Virus record (IMG/VR): IMGVR_UViG_3300001528_000621
Span: 64,001-128,000 of that record
From: a virus
Taxonomy: Duplodnaviria; Caudoviricetes
Strand: one strand, 5' to 3'
DNA: 64,000 nt
Below, piece after piece: positions 37,187 through 47,065 of the stretch. Both the position numbers and the translations under genes were made by a program. Numbering within the stretch: the first letter of the stretch is position 1; the number at the start of each line of letters is the position of its first letter. The notes below the pieces were generated by a model. That model had not been told where the DNA came from and made no database searches. It saw only the letters and a list, made by a program, of their open reading frames with translations.

Positions 37187-37915
37187 ATGGGATTTTTGAT
37201 GAGTAACGAGGCTTTGTTCCTTATCCAGCTTATTGTCTCTTTTGCAGGGGTAATATTTGCGTATAAATTTTTCGGAAAGACAGGACTTTTTGTATGGGCA
37301 GGACTAATAACTGTTTATGCTAATCTAGAAGTTAATTCTTTCTTGACAATGTTCGGTCTAGCTGTTAGTCTAGGAAATATTGGATTTTGTAGTCTAAGTT
37401 TTGCTCAAGACATTACGAATGAACAGTACGGTAAAGATGTAGCAAAAAAACTGGTAACGGTAGGACTATTTTCCTCTATTGCAATCCTGGTTGTAAGCCA
37501 GCTTAGTTGTTTCTTCAAATGCGATGGAGGTAACTATGAAGCATTTGAGAGTGTATTTGCAGCATTACTCCCGATACTGGTTTCTAGCTTAACATCATAC
37601 TTCTGCTCTAATAGGTTAAATGTATTTTTGTATAATTGGATTAGACAAAGAACAGATAAAGACTGGATAAAAACTCAAGTTAGTTCTCAGACAGCACAGC
37701 TTTTTGATACAGTGTTCTTTACGTCTCTTTGTGTAGGTTGGGAAATTTTAGCAACAAAGACAGGAGCTGGATTTCTTCATACGTATTTTCCAACAGACTT
37801 TGGAACGTTTGTAGAACTTATTGTAACTTCATATATCATTAAAGCTATAATTGTTCTAGCTGAGATTCCAGGAATGTACTTTATGAGAAAAGTTGGAGCA
37901 CCGAAAGAAGTTTAG
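37187..37915 (+). CDS. yhhQ: queuosine precursor transporter (YhhQ/Vut_1)
   Basis: multi-TM; GN, D...E.YGK..A, AQLFDT..F. Confidence 0.85.
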   Translation: MGFLMSNEALFLIQLIVSFAGVIFAYKFFGKTGLFVWAGLITVYANLEVNSFLTMFGLAVSLGNIGFCSLSFAQDITNEQYGKDVAKKLVTVGLFSSIAILVVSQLSCFFKCDGGNYEAFESVFAALLPILVSSLTSYFCSNRLNVFLYNWIRQRTDKDWIKTQVSSQTAQLFDTVFFTSLCVGWEILATKTGAGFLHTYFPTDFGTFVELIVTSYIIKAIIVLAEIPGMYFMRKVGAPKEV

Positions 37916-37966
37916 TCTTTAAAGTTCAATAGAAATTTTTATCTTTAGCTTAGAAATAGAAAAGAT

Positions 37967-38224
37967 ATGAAAAACATACTTTCACTGCCAGATATTCCAT
38001 TCTACAGAAGTACATGCCCGTTTTGCGGCTGTGAATTTGAATATACAGCAGACGAGGCAGATTACTTGGAGTATGACGGTTATGTAGTTGTTTGTCCACA
38101 TTGCTTTAAGACTTTGCGTGTTGAGGATCCAAAACTACAAACACCGTGGAGACACGAACATCCGGAAAGGCCTGGTACATCAAATTTACCTGGGACAGTA
38201 AACATATGGAACAAAGAGTGCTAA
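37967..38224 (+). CDS. small zinc-ribbon protein
   Basis: CPFC...CPHC. Confidence 0.65.
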   Translation: MKNILSLPDIPFYRSTCPFCGCEFEYTADEADYLEYDGYVVVCPHCFKTLRVEDPKLQTPWRHEHPERPGTSNLPGTVNIWNKEC

Positions 38225-38895
38225 TAACGGGAACATCCCAGGGTATCGGTCTTGCTACAGCTAAAAGGTTTCTAGAAAGATCAGGTACTTTCGTTTTTGG
38301 CTTTGACAAACAACCTTGTCCGGAAGAGCTGGAGGGTCATAAGAGGTACACTCACTTTAATATTTCTGTAACAGATATTGAAGAGTTTGTTATTCTCGAT
38401 AAACTAGATTATGTTATCTGTAATGCAGGTATTCAGACAGCCCCAGAAGCTGGTAATGTAATGATGACAAACTTTTGGGGAGTTGATAACATAATCAGAA
38501 TGTATGCTCTTCAATCTTGCTGCAAAGGCATTGTCATTGTAGGTTCAGTCTCAGGCATAACAGGAGCAGAGTTTGATGAGTATGTAGCAAGTAAAGGAGC
38601 TCTTATACCGTACACAAAAGCTATAGCTAATAAAGTAGCTCAGTGGGGAGGAGTTTGCAACTGCATTGCACCTGGAGGAGTAATGACAGAACTCAATGAA
38701 CCGGTAATGGACAATCCAAAGCTCTGGGATAGAATAATGAACCTGACACCTCTCAAACGTTGGGCAGAACCTTCAGAGATAGCAGATTGGATTTATTTTC
38801 TAGCTACTCAAAGGTTCTGTACAGGACAGACTATTATCGTTGATGGAGGAGAATCAATCAAATCTAACTTTGTTTGGCCTTCATTAGAGTTTTAA
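38206..38895 (+). CDS. short-chain dehydrogenase/reductase
   Basis: TGTSQGIG, NAG, YVASK, PG, GQ.I.VDGG. Confidence 0.9.
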   Translation: MEQRVLITGTSQGIGLATAKRFLERSGTFVFGFDKQPCPEELEGHKRYTHFNISVTDIEEFVILDKLDYVICNAGIQTAPEAGNVMMTNFWGVDNIIRMYALQSCCKGIVIVGSVSGITGAEFDEYVASKGALIPYTKAIANKVAQWGGVCNCIAPGGVMTELNEPVMDNPKLWDRIMNLTPLKRWAEPSEIADWIYFLATQRFCTGQTIIVDGGESIKSNFVWPSLEF

Positions 38896-39034
38896 GGAGA
38901 ACGTAGGATGCTTTAAGGGACCTTTAATTCAAATGTCTTCATAAAGAAAGATATAAATTAAAGGTCCTTTTCTTTTGCTCCTTCAAAAATAATAACTATC
39001 TTTAGCTTAGAAATTAAAAACAAATAAACAGCAT

Positions 39035-40042
39035 ATGCAATATTCTCTGGATGAGTACACCTTAATTCCCAAAAGGATATCTAAAATTAGTTCTAGAAGA
39101 GATGTTCAGGTTCTTGACGATAATGGGAAGCTTCCTGTGTTTGTAGCTCCTATGACTTGTATTTTAGACAGAAACAATTTTAGTACTTTCAATAAATCTC
39201 CTTTCATTCCGGTTTATCCGGTCTGGGCTGGTGAAAATCTTGCTTCAAGACAAGTAGTACCGGGTTGGGTAGCTGTTACTCTTAAGGAGTTTGAAGAGCA
39301 ATTTGTACCTGATGAAGGGTGGTTGAGGGACCGTAAACCTCACAAAATCTTGATAGACTGTGCAAACGGTCATATGGAAAAGATTTATGATTTAGTTAGG
39401 AAAGCTAAAGCTCGCCCGGGCAACGCAGGGTTGGAAGTAATGGTAGGTAATATAGCTAACCCAGAGACATACAAAGATTGCTGCATGGCCGGAATAGACT
39501 ATGTTAGAGTAGGTATTGGAGGAGGTTCTGGATGCACAACCTCTGTTCAGACAGGTTTTCATGCTGGGATGGGATGGCTTTTAACTGAAATAGAGTATTA
39601 CAGAAGAGATATTAAGAATAACTGGAAGTTTCAAGAACCGATGACAATTACAAAGGTTGTTGCTGATGGGGGAATTAACACTATCTCAAAAGCTGTAAAA
39701 GCCCTAGCTCTGGGTGCTGACTATGTGATGATGGGTAAAATCTTTGCTCAATGTGAAGAAGCTTGTGCATTGAAAATTTCAGAGGAACAACCCTTCAGAC
39801 AGTACTACGGACAGGCGTCAGAGCAGGGACAAATAGATAGGTTTGGAGAAGTGAGGAATAACCCGGAAGGTCTAGAAACTCTCGTACACATAGAACATAC
39901 TTTGGATTCCCTTGCAACTAAGTTTAAGGATGTACTAGCCAGTGCGTGTTCGTACGCTGGAGCTTCAAACTTAAAAGAATTTATTGGACAGGTGAGGTGG
40001 GACGTTATTTCAAAATCAGAATTTAATTCGTTTAACAAATAG
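39035..40042 (+). CDS. IMP dehydrogenase/GMP reductase family protein
   Basis: APM, IDCANGH, VGIGGGSGCTT, ADGGI, ALGAD.VM.G. Confidence 0.9.
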   Translation: MQYSLDEYTLIPKRISKISSRRDVQVLDDNGKLPVFVAPMTCILDRNNFSTFNKSPFIPVYPVWAGENLASRQVVPGWVAVTLKEFEEQFVPDEGWLRDRKPHKILIDCANGHMEKIYDLVRKAKARPGNAGLEVMVGNIANPETYKDCCMAGIDYVRVGIGGGSGCTTSVQTGFHAGMGWLLTEIEYYRRDIKNNWKFQEPMTITKVVADGGINTISKAVKALALGADYVMMGKIFAQCEEACALKISEEQPFRQYYGQASEQGQIDRFGEVRNNPEGLETLVHIEHTLDSLATKFKDVLASACSYAGASNLKEFIGQVRWDVISKSEFNSFNK

Positions 40043-40047
40043 GACAA

Positions 40048-40371
40048 ATGACAGGTTGGGAAAGACTAAAAGATGTACTCAATTCGTATCCGGAAGAGTC
40101 TCTTGTTACAAGACAGTCTCTACTTACGGACCTTTGTAATTTTTGGACTGAAAGTACTACAGATACCGTAAGGCGTCAGTTAGTCGTTTGCGGATTTCTT
40201 GCAGACACTAAATGTACAGGAGTTTACAAAGTAGTCGGTCACATTCCTTACGAACTCTCAATGAAAGGTCTTCGAAAAAGGTATGATGATATCATGCACC
40301 ATTTTGGCTATGTAGATGAAATTCAATGGTACGAGAAAAGTTGGAGTAAATTCTGTAAAATGGAGGTATAA
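40048..40371 (+). CDS. hypothetical protein
   Basis: ORF in operon. Confidence 0.6.
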   Translation: MTGWERLKDVLNSYPEESLVTRQSLLTDLCNFWTESTTDTVRRQLVVCGFLADTKCTGVYKVVGHIPYELSMKGLRKRYDDIMHHFGYVDEIQWYEKSWSKFCKMEV

Positions 40372-40800
40372 ATGAAAGTAGCAAATAAGAAGGTTTGGCA
40401 AGATTTCTTGAACGAAAATCTTTGTAAGGAGCTTCGAAAGAACGGGATTGACTTTAAAGATGCTAAGTACGTTTGTATTAATAATCAAATACTCTTTAAG
40501 TCTGACGTAGAAAACGTAGAGGAGAGAGTAGAAAAAGGAGAAGGTTTTTATACCTATACCTTGCCAGAACTTTTGTATAAGCTGCCGGAGTGGATTGAAG
40601 ACCCCAATCTTCATCTGAAAGGTTCATTTTTATCTTTCTGGAAAGATGCTCCGTTTTATTCTTTTTGTTATGAGTCCCCGAACGGATGTTCGGTATCTTC
40701 CCGAGTAGCAGAATACCCGATAGAAGCTGCTGCTTTTCTACTAATTGCGTGTATGGAACGAGGGATAGGGTGCATAGAGGATATAAGCGGTAAGGAATAG
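40372..40800 (+). CDS. hypothetical protein
   Basis: ORF in operon. Confidence 0.65.
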   Translation: MKVANKKVWQDFLNENLCKELRKNGIDFKDAKYVCINNQILFKSDVENVEERVEKGEGFYTYTLPELLYKLPEWIEDPNLHLKGSFLSFWKDAPFYSFCYESPNGCSVSSRVAEYPIEAAAFLLIACMERGIGCIEDISGKE

Positions 40801-40989
40801 TATCAAAAATTAAAAGAAATATGGAAGAGATTAAAGCAACTGAAATAATGGAAGCGTACAACAAGAGGTATGCACCGGAAACAGTCACACTGGAAGAGGT
40901 GAAAGACTATTTGAATACCCACGCATTTTTTAATTTGCACCCAGATGTTGCAGCGGCAATTATGCACCAGACCCTAAAGAAGAATAAAG

Positions 40990-41628
40990 ATGATTAGAGA
41001 AGTAAACAACTTTGAACAAATAAAGAATTTTATAAAGTTTGACACCGACGACCAATTTTACTTTGTTCAAATTCTCCAGAGAAAGAAAGACGGTCTAGCA
41101 GCAGACGGTTCTATTGTCTCCGGTACAAACAATAAATCAAGAGCAATTAAAAGTTACTGCGTTACGAGTCGTGAATATCTTGAACAGCACGAATTTGAAA
41201 TTAAGCAGCTGTGTCGTCTCTTTAATGCAAGAGCTTATTTTTCTCCGGCAAGAAAGTCCTTTAAACAGGTTGCGTTGGCTAACCTTGTTAACTTGTCTAA
41301 ACATATAGCGGATGAAAACTTTTCTCACGCTAAAACGGATTACTGGGGTGCTTGCGGACAGTCTGGAATAGAAAAGCTTTATCTTGTAGACATCGATGAA
41401 AATCACAATAATCTTACAGACCTATATAAAATTGAAGGGGATTTACAGCAAGTCGTACGTTCTGAAGTTCCGGGATTTGAAAGAATAGTTCTAACGATAC
41501 CTACAGTCCACGGAAAGCACTTTATATGCAAACCGTTCGACGTAAATGCTTTCAAGCAGATGTGGCCGGACATCGACGTTCATAGAAACAACCCTACCCT
41601 GCTTTATAAAGCCGCTACTGAAGAATAA
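40990..41628 (+). CDS. hypothetical protein with AEP-like DxD / T..G.H motifs
   Basis: QRKKD, ARAY, LVDID, PTVHGKH. Confidence 0.6.
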   Translation: MIREVNNFEQIKNFIKFDTDDQFYFVQILQRKKDGLAADGSIVSGTNNKSRAIKSYCVTSREYLEQHEFEIKQLCRLFNARAYFSPARKSFKQVALANLVNLSKHIADENFSHAKTDYWGACGQSGIEKLYLVDIDENHNNLTDLYKIEGDLQQVVRSEVPGFERIVLTIPTVHGKHFICKPFDVNAFKQMWPDIDVHRNNPTLLYKAATEE

Positions 41629-42788
41629 AATCGAATTTTTTATAAAAAAAATTTATTAGCTGGAATCCTATAAGATTTCAGCTTTTTCTATTATTTTTAG
41701 CTTAAAGATTAAGAGATGAAAGATTTTATTATTGGATTACACATATCGTTTGCTGTTATTGTAATAATAGCTCTGATAGGATTGTGTACAGGAATTATTC
41801 CAGAGTTTTGGGGAATGTTGATGTTAGTGGGAATAGTGCTGTACTGTATAAGTGGAGAAATAATGAGAGTAACTGAAGAAAATCAAAACAAAAAAAAATA
41901 AGTAATTATGGAAGAAAAATTAGATCTTTGTGAAATTCTAAAAAACTGTCCGATAGGAACGAGACTGTACAGTGTTATTCACGGAACAGTAGAGTTCGGA
42001 GGTATGGATAAGTTTAATGCTATCTGTCCTATCTGCATTAAGGTTGGACCTGGATTTAATATAACTATGTGGCTTACAAGAGACGGAAGGTATATGAACA
42101 AATATGAAGGTGGAGAGTGTATTCTTTTTCCATCAAAATACACACGTACTTGGTCTAATTGGGTAATTTTGTCAGAACTAGAACTCGAAGATAGGTACGA
42201 TCCGAGTACTTTAGGTCCATTTGACAGAATTCTTGTACACAGTGGCATAGAAGGGGATAGGTGGAATTGTGCTCTTTTTAATCGAAAGAGAAGGTTTAGT
42301 CGAGAAATCTTTACGACAGACGGAAGAATGTTCACAAGAGTTATTCCTTACTGTGAAGGTACAAAATTCTTACTCGGAACGACTAAAGATGCTCCAAAGT
42401 TCTACAGATGGTGGGAAGTAGATAATATTAAGAAACAGTAAACAAACGAAGAATAGTTATGAGAACAGTAATACACTATATGCTGTGCAGCGGAGGCTTC
42501 ATTAATATTCTTCGTAAGCTGGAGAAGGAAGTCATGGAAGATGGAAGCGAACACGGATACCTAACTACAATGATCGTAGATGCAGAGGTTCCGGCGTATG
42601 TGGTGTCACGGTACGATGATTACGATAAGATGATATCTCTATTTGTCAATAGTGATGACGGTCAGATAGACATTAGTAAGGATGAATGGGAGGAGTGGAT
42701 GAATGAGTTCATTGAAATAATTAGGAAAACATTAAAGTAATCAAGAAAAGCTATTATCTTTAGAGCAGAAATTAAAAACAAAAGAATC

Positions 42789-43159
42789 ATGGAACAATTT
42801 ACAGTAGAAGAGTATTTGAAAAATCCGAACAGAGAAGTTGTAACAAGGACCGGTAAACCTGTACGAATCCTGTGTGTGTGGATGCAGAATTGGACTGGAA
42901 CGATAGTCCAGTAGTAGCGTTGGTAGAGAAAAGAGTACTATGTTTTACTTCATCAGGAAATCTCTATAGCACCGATGAGTCTATATTTGACCTTTTCTTT
43001 AAGCCGGTAAAATATGTTCGTTACGCAAATGTTTACCTCTATAACAACGGCAAGGACAGGTACCTTGGAAAGTCTTATGGTTCCGAAGAGGAAGCGAAGA
43101 ACGGTAAGGATACCAACAGGCGTTGTGTTGCTACGGTAAAAATAGAGTGGGAGGAGTAG
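42789..43159 (+). pseudogene. paralog of 50151, frameshifted at (TG)5 42871-42880
   Basis: MEQFTVEEYLKNPNREVV...RILC joins ORF 42872 if one TG unit is removed. Confidence 0.7.
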
Positions 43160-44082
43160 TATATGGTATCGAAGACAGACAGAAACGAGGTTTGGGACAG
43201 AAACCGACGATACCTAGACGATTCGGAAACGGTAGAAGATTTGCAACCAATCTGTAAGAGGATTTGCAAACTATCAGATAGTCTCGTAGATCCGAAAACA
43301 GGAGAGTGGTGCAAGCGTCAAAATGAGTGTCCAGCATTCCAGCTTTGGTTGTCGAATGAAAGTTTAGAGTGGTCAATGGACAGCATATTATATTAGTTTT
43401 GGTATGAACGCAACAACACTAGACAAAGCATACGGGGCTTTACAAAGTCTTACAAAGGTTTTGAGCTTTGAAGAGTATCAAGCAATTAAGGACTGTTTAG
43501 ACTACGCAGACGATGCATATGTAGCAGCTGCAGAGGAAGCAGCAACAGCTTTCATTTTGGGCAGCGACCAGTGTAGTTGTTGTGAATCGTACAGTAAAGA
43601 GTCTTGCTTAGATTGTATGTTTAATCCACACAATAGTAGTAAAAAAGATGAATAATAACTTTATTGAGGTAACAAGATACTCTGGAGATAAAATTTACGT
43701 AAATCTGTCTCTTATTAAGTTCCTTCATCCTTCACGAGAGATGAAAACAGGATGCATACTATACTATACAGATGGAACAGACATTTTGCTTCGGGAAAGC
43801 ATGGAAGAAATTAAGAAAAAAATCTTAAATCAAGAGTGAAAGTAAGGATAAATCCGACAGTCGGAATTCGTCGATGGTACCACAAGCTGAACGAGCACAT
43901 CGTTAGAGCAGTTTCTGGTATTAATCACAAACACGATTTTCATCTTGTAGATACTCATCGAATGTTTATAGAAGATTCTAGTCACGACATAGTTTATCGG
44001 AAGCGTTTTGATTTGTACCGATGTAAAAAATGCGAGGCTATAAGAACCGGGGAAACGGTTGAAAAAGATTAATTTTTAGAAA

Positions 44083-44133
44083 GCAAGAAAAGCTATTATC
44101 TTTAGCTTAGAAATTAAAAACAAAAGAATTATG
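44083..44133 (+). promoter_or_regulatory. representative copy of the repeated promoter/TIR cassette GCAAGAAAAGCTATTATCTTTAGCTTAGAAATTAAAAACAAAAGAATTATG
   Basis: near-identical copies with TATCTTTAG core at ~42755, 44097, 47025, 48451, 49474, 50119; core motif occurs more than 25 times in the window. Confidence 0.85.
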
Positions 44134-45863
44134 GAAAAAGTTGTAAAATCTAATTGGGTACATCTGGGAGTTTATATGCTTATAAATGAAGCTCCTATCA
44201 AAGCTTTCAAGTTCAGAACAAAGACTACACATCCACTACTGTACTTAGCTTCCATTGATACTAGAAAAGGGTTTACGTACCGAACGCCCGGTAAAGAAGA
44301 AACAGTGCCTGTTCACGAGGCTGTTACCTTGAACCTACTTAATCCCAAGCAGTTCGTAAATACAGGATTGTCACCAGAACCGTCAATATCGTCCTATAGG
44401 GTCAGGGAATCTCGACAAGCGGACATAGAATCGGGAAAAAATATGGTTGGATATGTCTACCTGGACGATATGAAATTTCTCGGCACTGCAGATAATCTTC
44501 CTATTTCAGAGAACCCTTACAGCAGATTACTGTCTCCTGCAGTTCGGAGAACTACTTTCAGAATATGGGAAAAGTATGCAATCGAGACTGGACAGTTTGT
44601 GCTGAAAGAAAACCCGGAATTTAAGAAATCGCCTCTCAAAGCAAAAGATTTCTTTGGAAACGAACTAAAAATTGGGGACACCATTGTATACAAAGTGTCC
44701 TACGTCCAGAAATTCTTGATAGGGAAAATAACGAACATAACAGACAAAAACGTAGTTATAGGCAGAAAAATCTCAACCCCTCCTAACTGTACTATAAAAT
44801 GTCCAGAAGGGAGTCTTCATAAATCATAATTACTTTTTTTTCAAGGGGACTCGAAAGAGTCCTCATCTTTTTTGCATATCTTTAGCTTGTAGAAAATAAA
44901 ATAACTATGCTTGATTTATTTGGGATAAAGAAACGAAAACTAGCAAAATTCAAAAAGCTGGAAAGTCATAGAAACCTTTTAATTAAAGTAAGGAAGAATG
45001 TCATAATACCCTATCTGGACGAGAAAAAATTTTTATATAGAACAAAATGTAAAGAACTACAGAGAGCGGAGGAAGAGCGAGTAGGCCTCTGTAACTCTTC
45101 TTGTCCGAATTGTGGAGGCTCTAACGTGATTAACAAATTCGTTCTAGGCAAGGGAAACCTCTTTGGACAAATCAGAACTTCTCCTATGCTTAAAGTCGGG
45201 GGAACTATAAAAGGTTCTTACGATACGCTACCAGTCAACGAGTGTGCAGATTGCGGCAATCAGTGGGAAAAAGCTACAGTTTCGTATAACTGTAAAGAAG
45301 AGTATCCATATGACCCGTATCCTTATTCTAAAATGTGGTACATTGTTCGAAGACTCTTAGATTTTGTAGAAACAGAAAAGACATTGAATATTTTTGACAT
45401 TTACAAAATCCATTTCAGGGATACTCCAAGAGAAGTTATGGAGTATTTAATATACCAAACCATTAAAAACACTTATTTGTCCACTACAGCACAAAGATGC
45501 TTAACGTCTCTGAGCGCAAAGTACGACACAAATATACATTCAGAGTACTATAATGATAATGAGTTTCTTTGGACACTAAAAGACTCTCTTTGGGAGCATT
45601 TCAAAAATACAGTAAATGAAAAAACGTCAAATGAAAAGAAAAAGGACAGCGAAACTAACTGAGTTTGGATATATTAAAGGTTCGAAAGAAGAGGAAGAAA
45701 CTAAAAGCTTTAAGAAACTCCCAAAAGAGGAACAATACAAAGCGTACTTCGATTTTTTGGACGGTCTCAAAAACAAAATAAATAAATAAAATTAGCTGGA
45801 GTCTAGTTAGATTTCAGCTTTTTCTATTATCTTTAGCTTAGAGATTAAAAGATAGGAGTAATT

Positions 45864-46997
45864 ATGTTAAAACAATTTACAACACTCTACAATAAAGACC
45901 AGAACAACAACATACGGTACTGGTACATGGAGCAGGACGAGAACAAATATAGGAGTAGGTCTGGAATTGTAGGACGAGTCAATACGTCTGAAGTAATCTC
46001 AGATTGGACAGTAGTTTCTGAAGGTACCAATATTGGAAAAATAAATGAACGAAACCCCGCTCAGCAGACCCTTTTCATCATCAATAGGATGTACACAGTC
46101 CGAAAAGAACAGGGCTTTGCTGAAAAGGTAGAAGATGCTGGAAAGAAATTTTTTCAACCGATGCTAGCTAGTAAGTGGGATGTAGTTAAGTCTAAAGTTA
46201 CGTATCCTGTCTATGTACAATCTAAGTTGGACGGAATCCGTCTAATTTGTGATATTGATGGAATGCATTCAAGGCACGGAAAAGATGTCATATCCGCTCC
46301 TCATATTCGAAAAGCTCTTGATAGGGTCTTTGAGGAAAATCCGGAACTGATACTAGACGGGGAGCTATATTGTCACGACTTGAATGAAGACTTTAATAGA
46401 ATTATTAGTCTAGTTAGGAAATCAAAACCCACTCCAGAGGACTTAGCCGAAAGTGAGAGAACAATACGGTACTGGGTATACGATATTCCGAGCGTTCTAG
46501 GTACAAACAAAGAACGAGACCAGGCTAGAAAAAGGTTCTTTGAAAAGTACATTTACGGTACGGAGCTTGAAAAATACTTCGTCTATGTTCCTTCAATCGT
46601 AGCTAACTCCGAAGAGGAAGTAAACATTCTCCTAGAACTTAATCTTGAACAAGGATTTGAGGGAGCTATAGTCCGAATACCTTCAGGAGAGTATGAAAAC
46701 AAGCGTAGTAAGAACCTCTTAAAGTATAAGAAGTTTCTAGACGAAGAGTTTCTTATAGAAGACTTTGAGGAAGGTAAAGGAAATCTTTCCGGAAAAGTAG
46801 GAAGAGTTGTATGCAGAACGAAAGAAGGTAAAAGGTTTTCGGCCGGAATGAAGTTCTCTCACGACGATGCTAGAGAATTGTGGAACCGTAAGGAGGATTA
46901 TATCGGAAAGAAACACTGTACAGTAAAGTATTTTCAGCTTACTCCGGACGGTCTTCCTAGATTTCCGAAATGTATAGCTATTAGGGACTATGAATAA
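45864..46997 (+). CDS. ATP-dependent DNA ligase
   Basis: PMLA, KLDGIR, LDGELY, EGAIVR, KYK, PRFP. Confidence 0.95.
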   Translation: MLKQFTTLYNKDQNNNIRYWYMEQDENKYRSRSGIVGRVNTSEVISDWTVVSEGTNIGKINERNPAQQTLFIINRMYTVRKEQGFAEKVEDAGKKFFQPMLASKWDVVKSKVTYPVYVQSKLDGIRLICDIDGMHSRHGKDVISAPHIRKALDRVFEENPELILDGELYCHDLNEDFNRIISLVRKSKPTPEDLAESERTIRYWVYDIPSVLGTNKERDQARKRFFEKYIYGTELEKYFVYVPSIVANSEEEVNILLELNLEQGFEGAIVRIPSGEYENKRSKNLLKYKKFLDEEFLIEDFEEGKGNLSGKVGRVVCRTKEGKRFSAGMKFSHDDARELWNRKEDYIGKKHCTVKYFQLTPDGLPRFPKCIAIRDYE

Positions 46998-47065
46998 AAT
47001 TTCATAAAGCTCATAAAAAGCTATTATCTTTAGCTTAGAAATTAGAAATTAAAGAGAAATTAAAA

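Larger units (their letters stand above)
41716..45662 (+). other. block of small early-type hypothetical genes (41716, 41908, 42459, 43163, 43404, 43648, 43836, 44131, 44907)
   Basis: tightly packed + strand ORFs with A-rich starts and repeated promoters. Confidence 0.65.
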
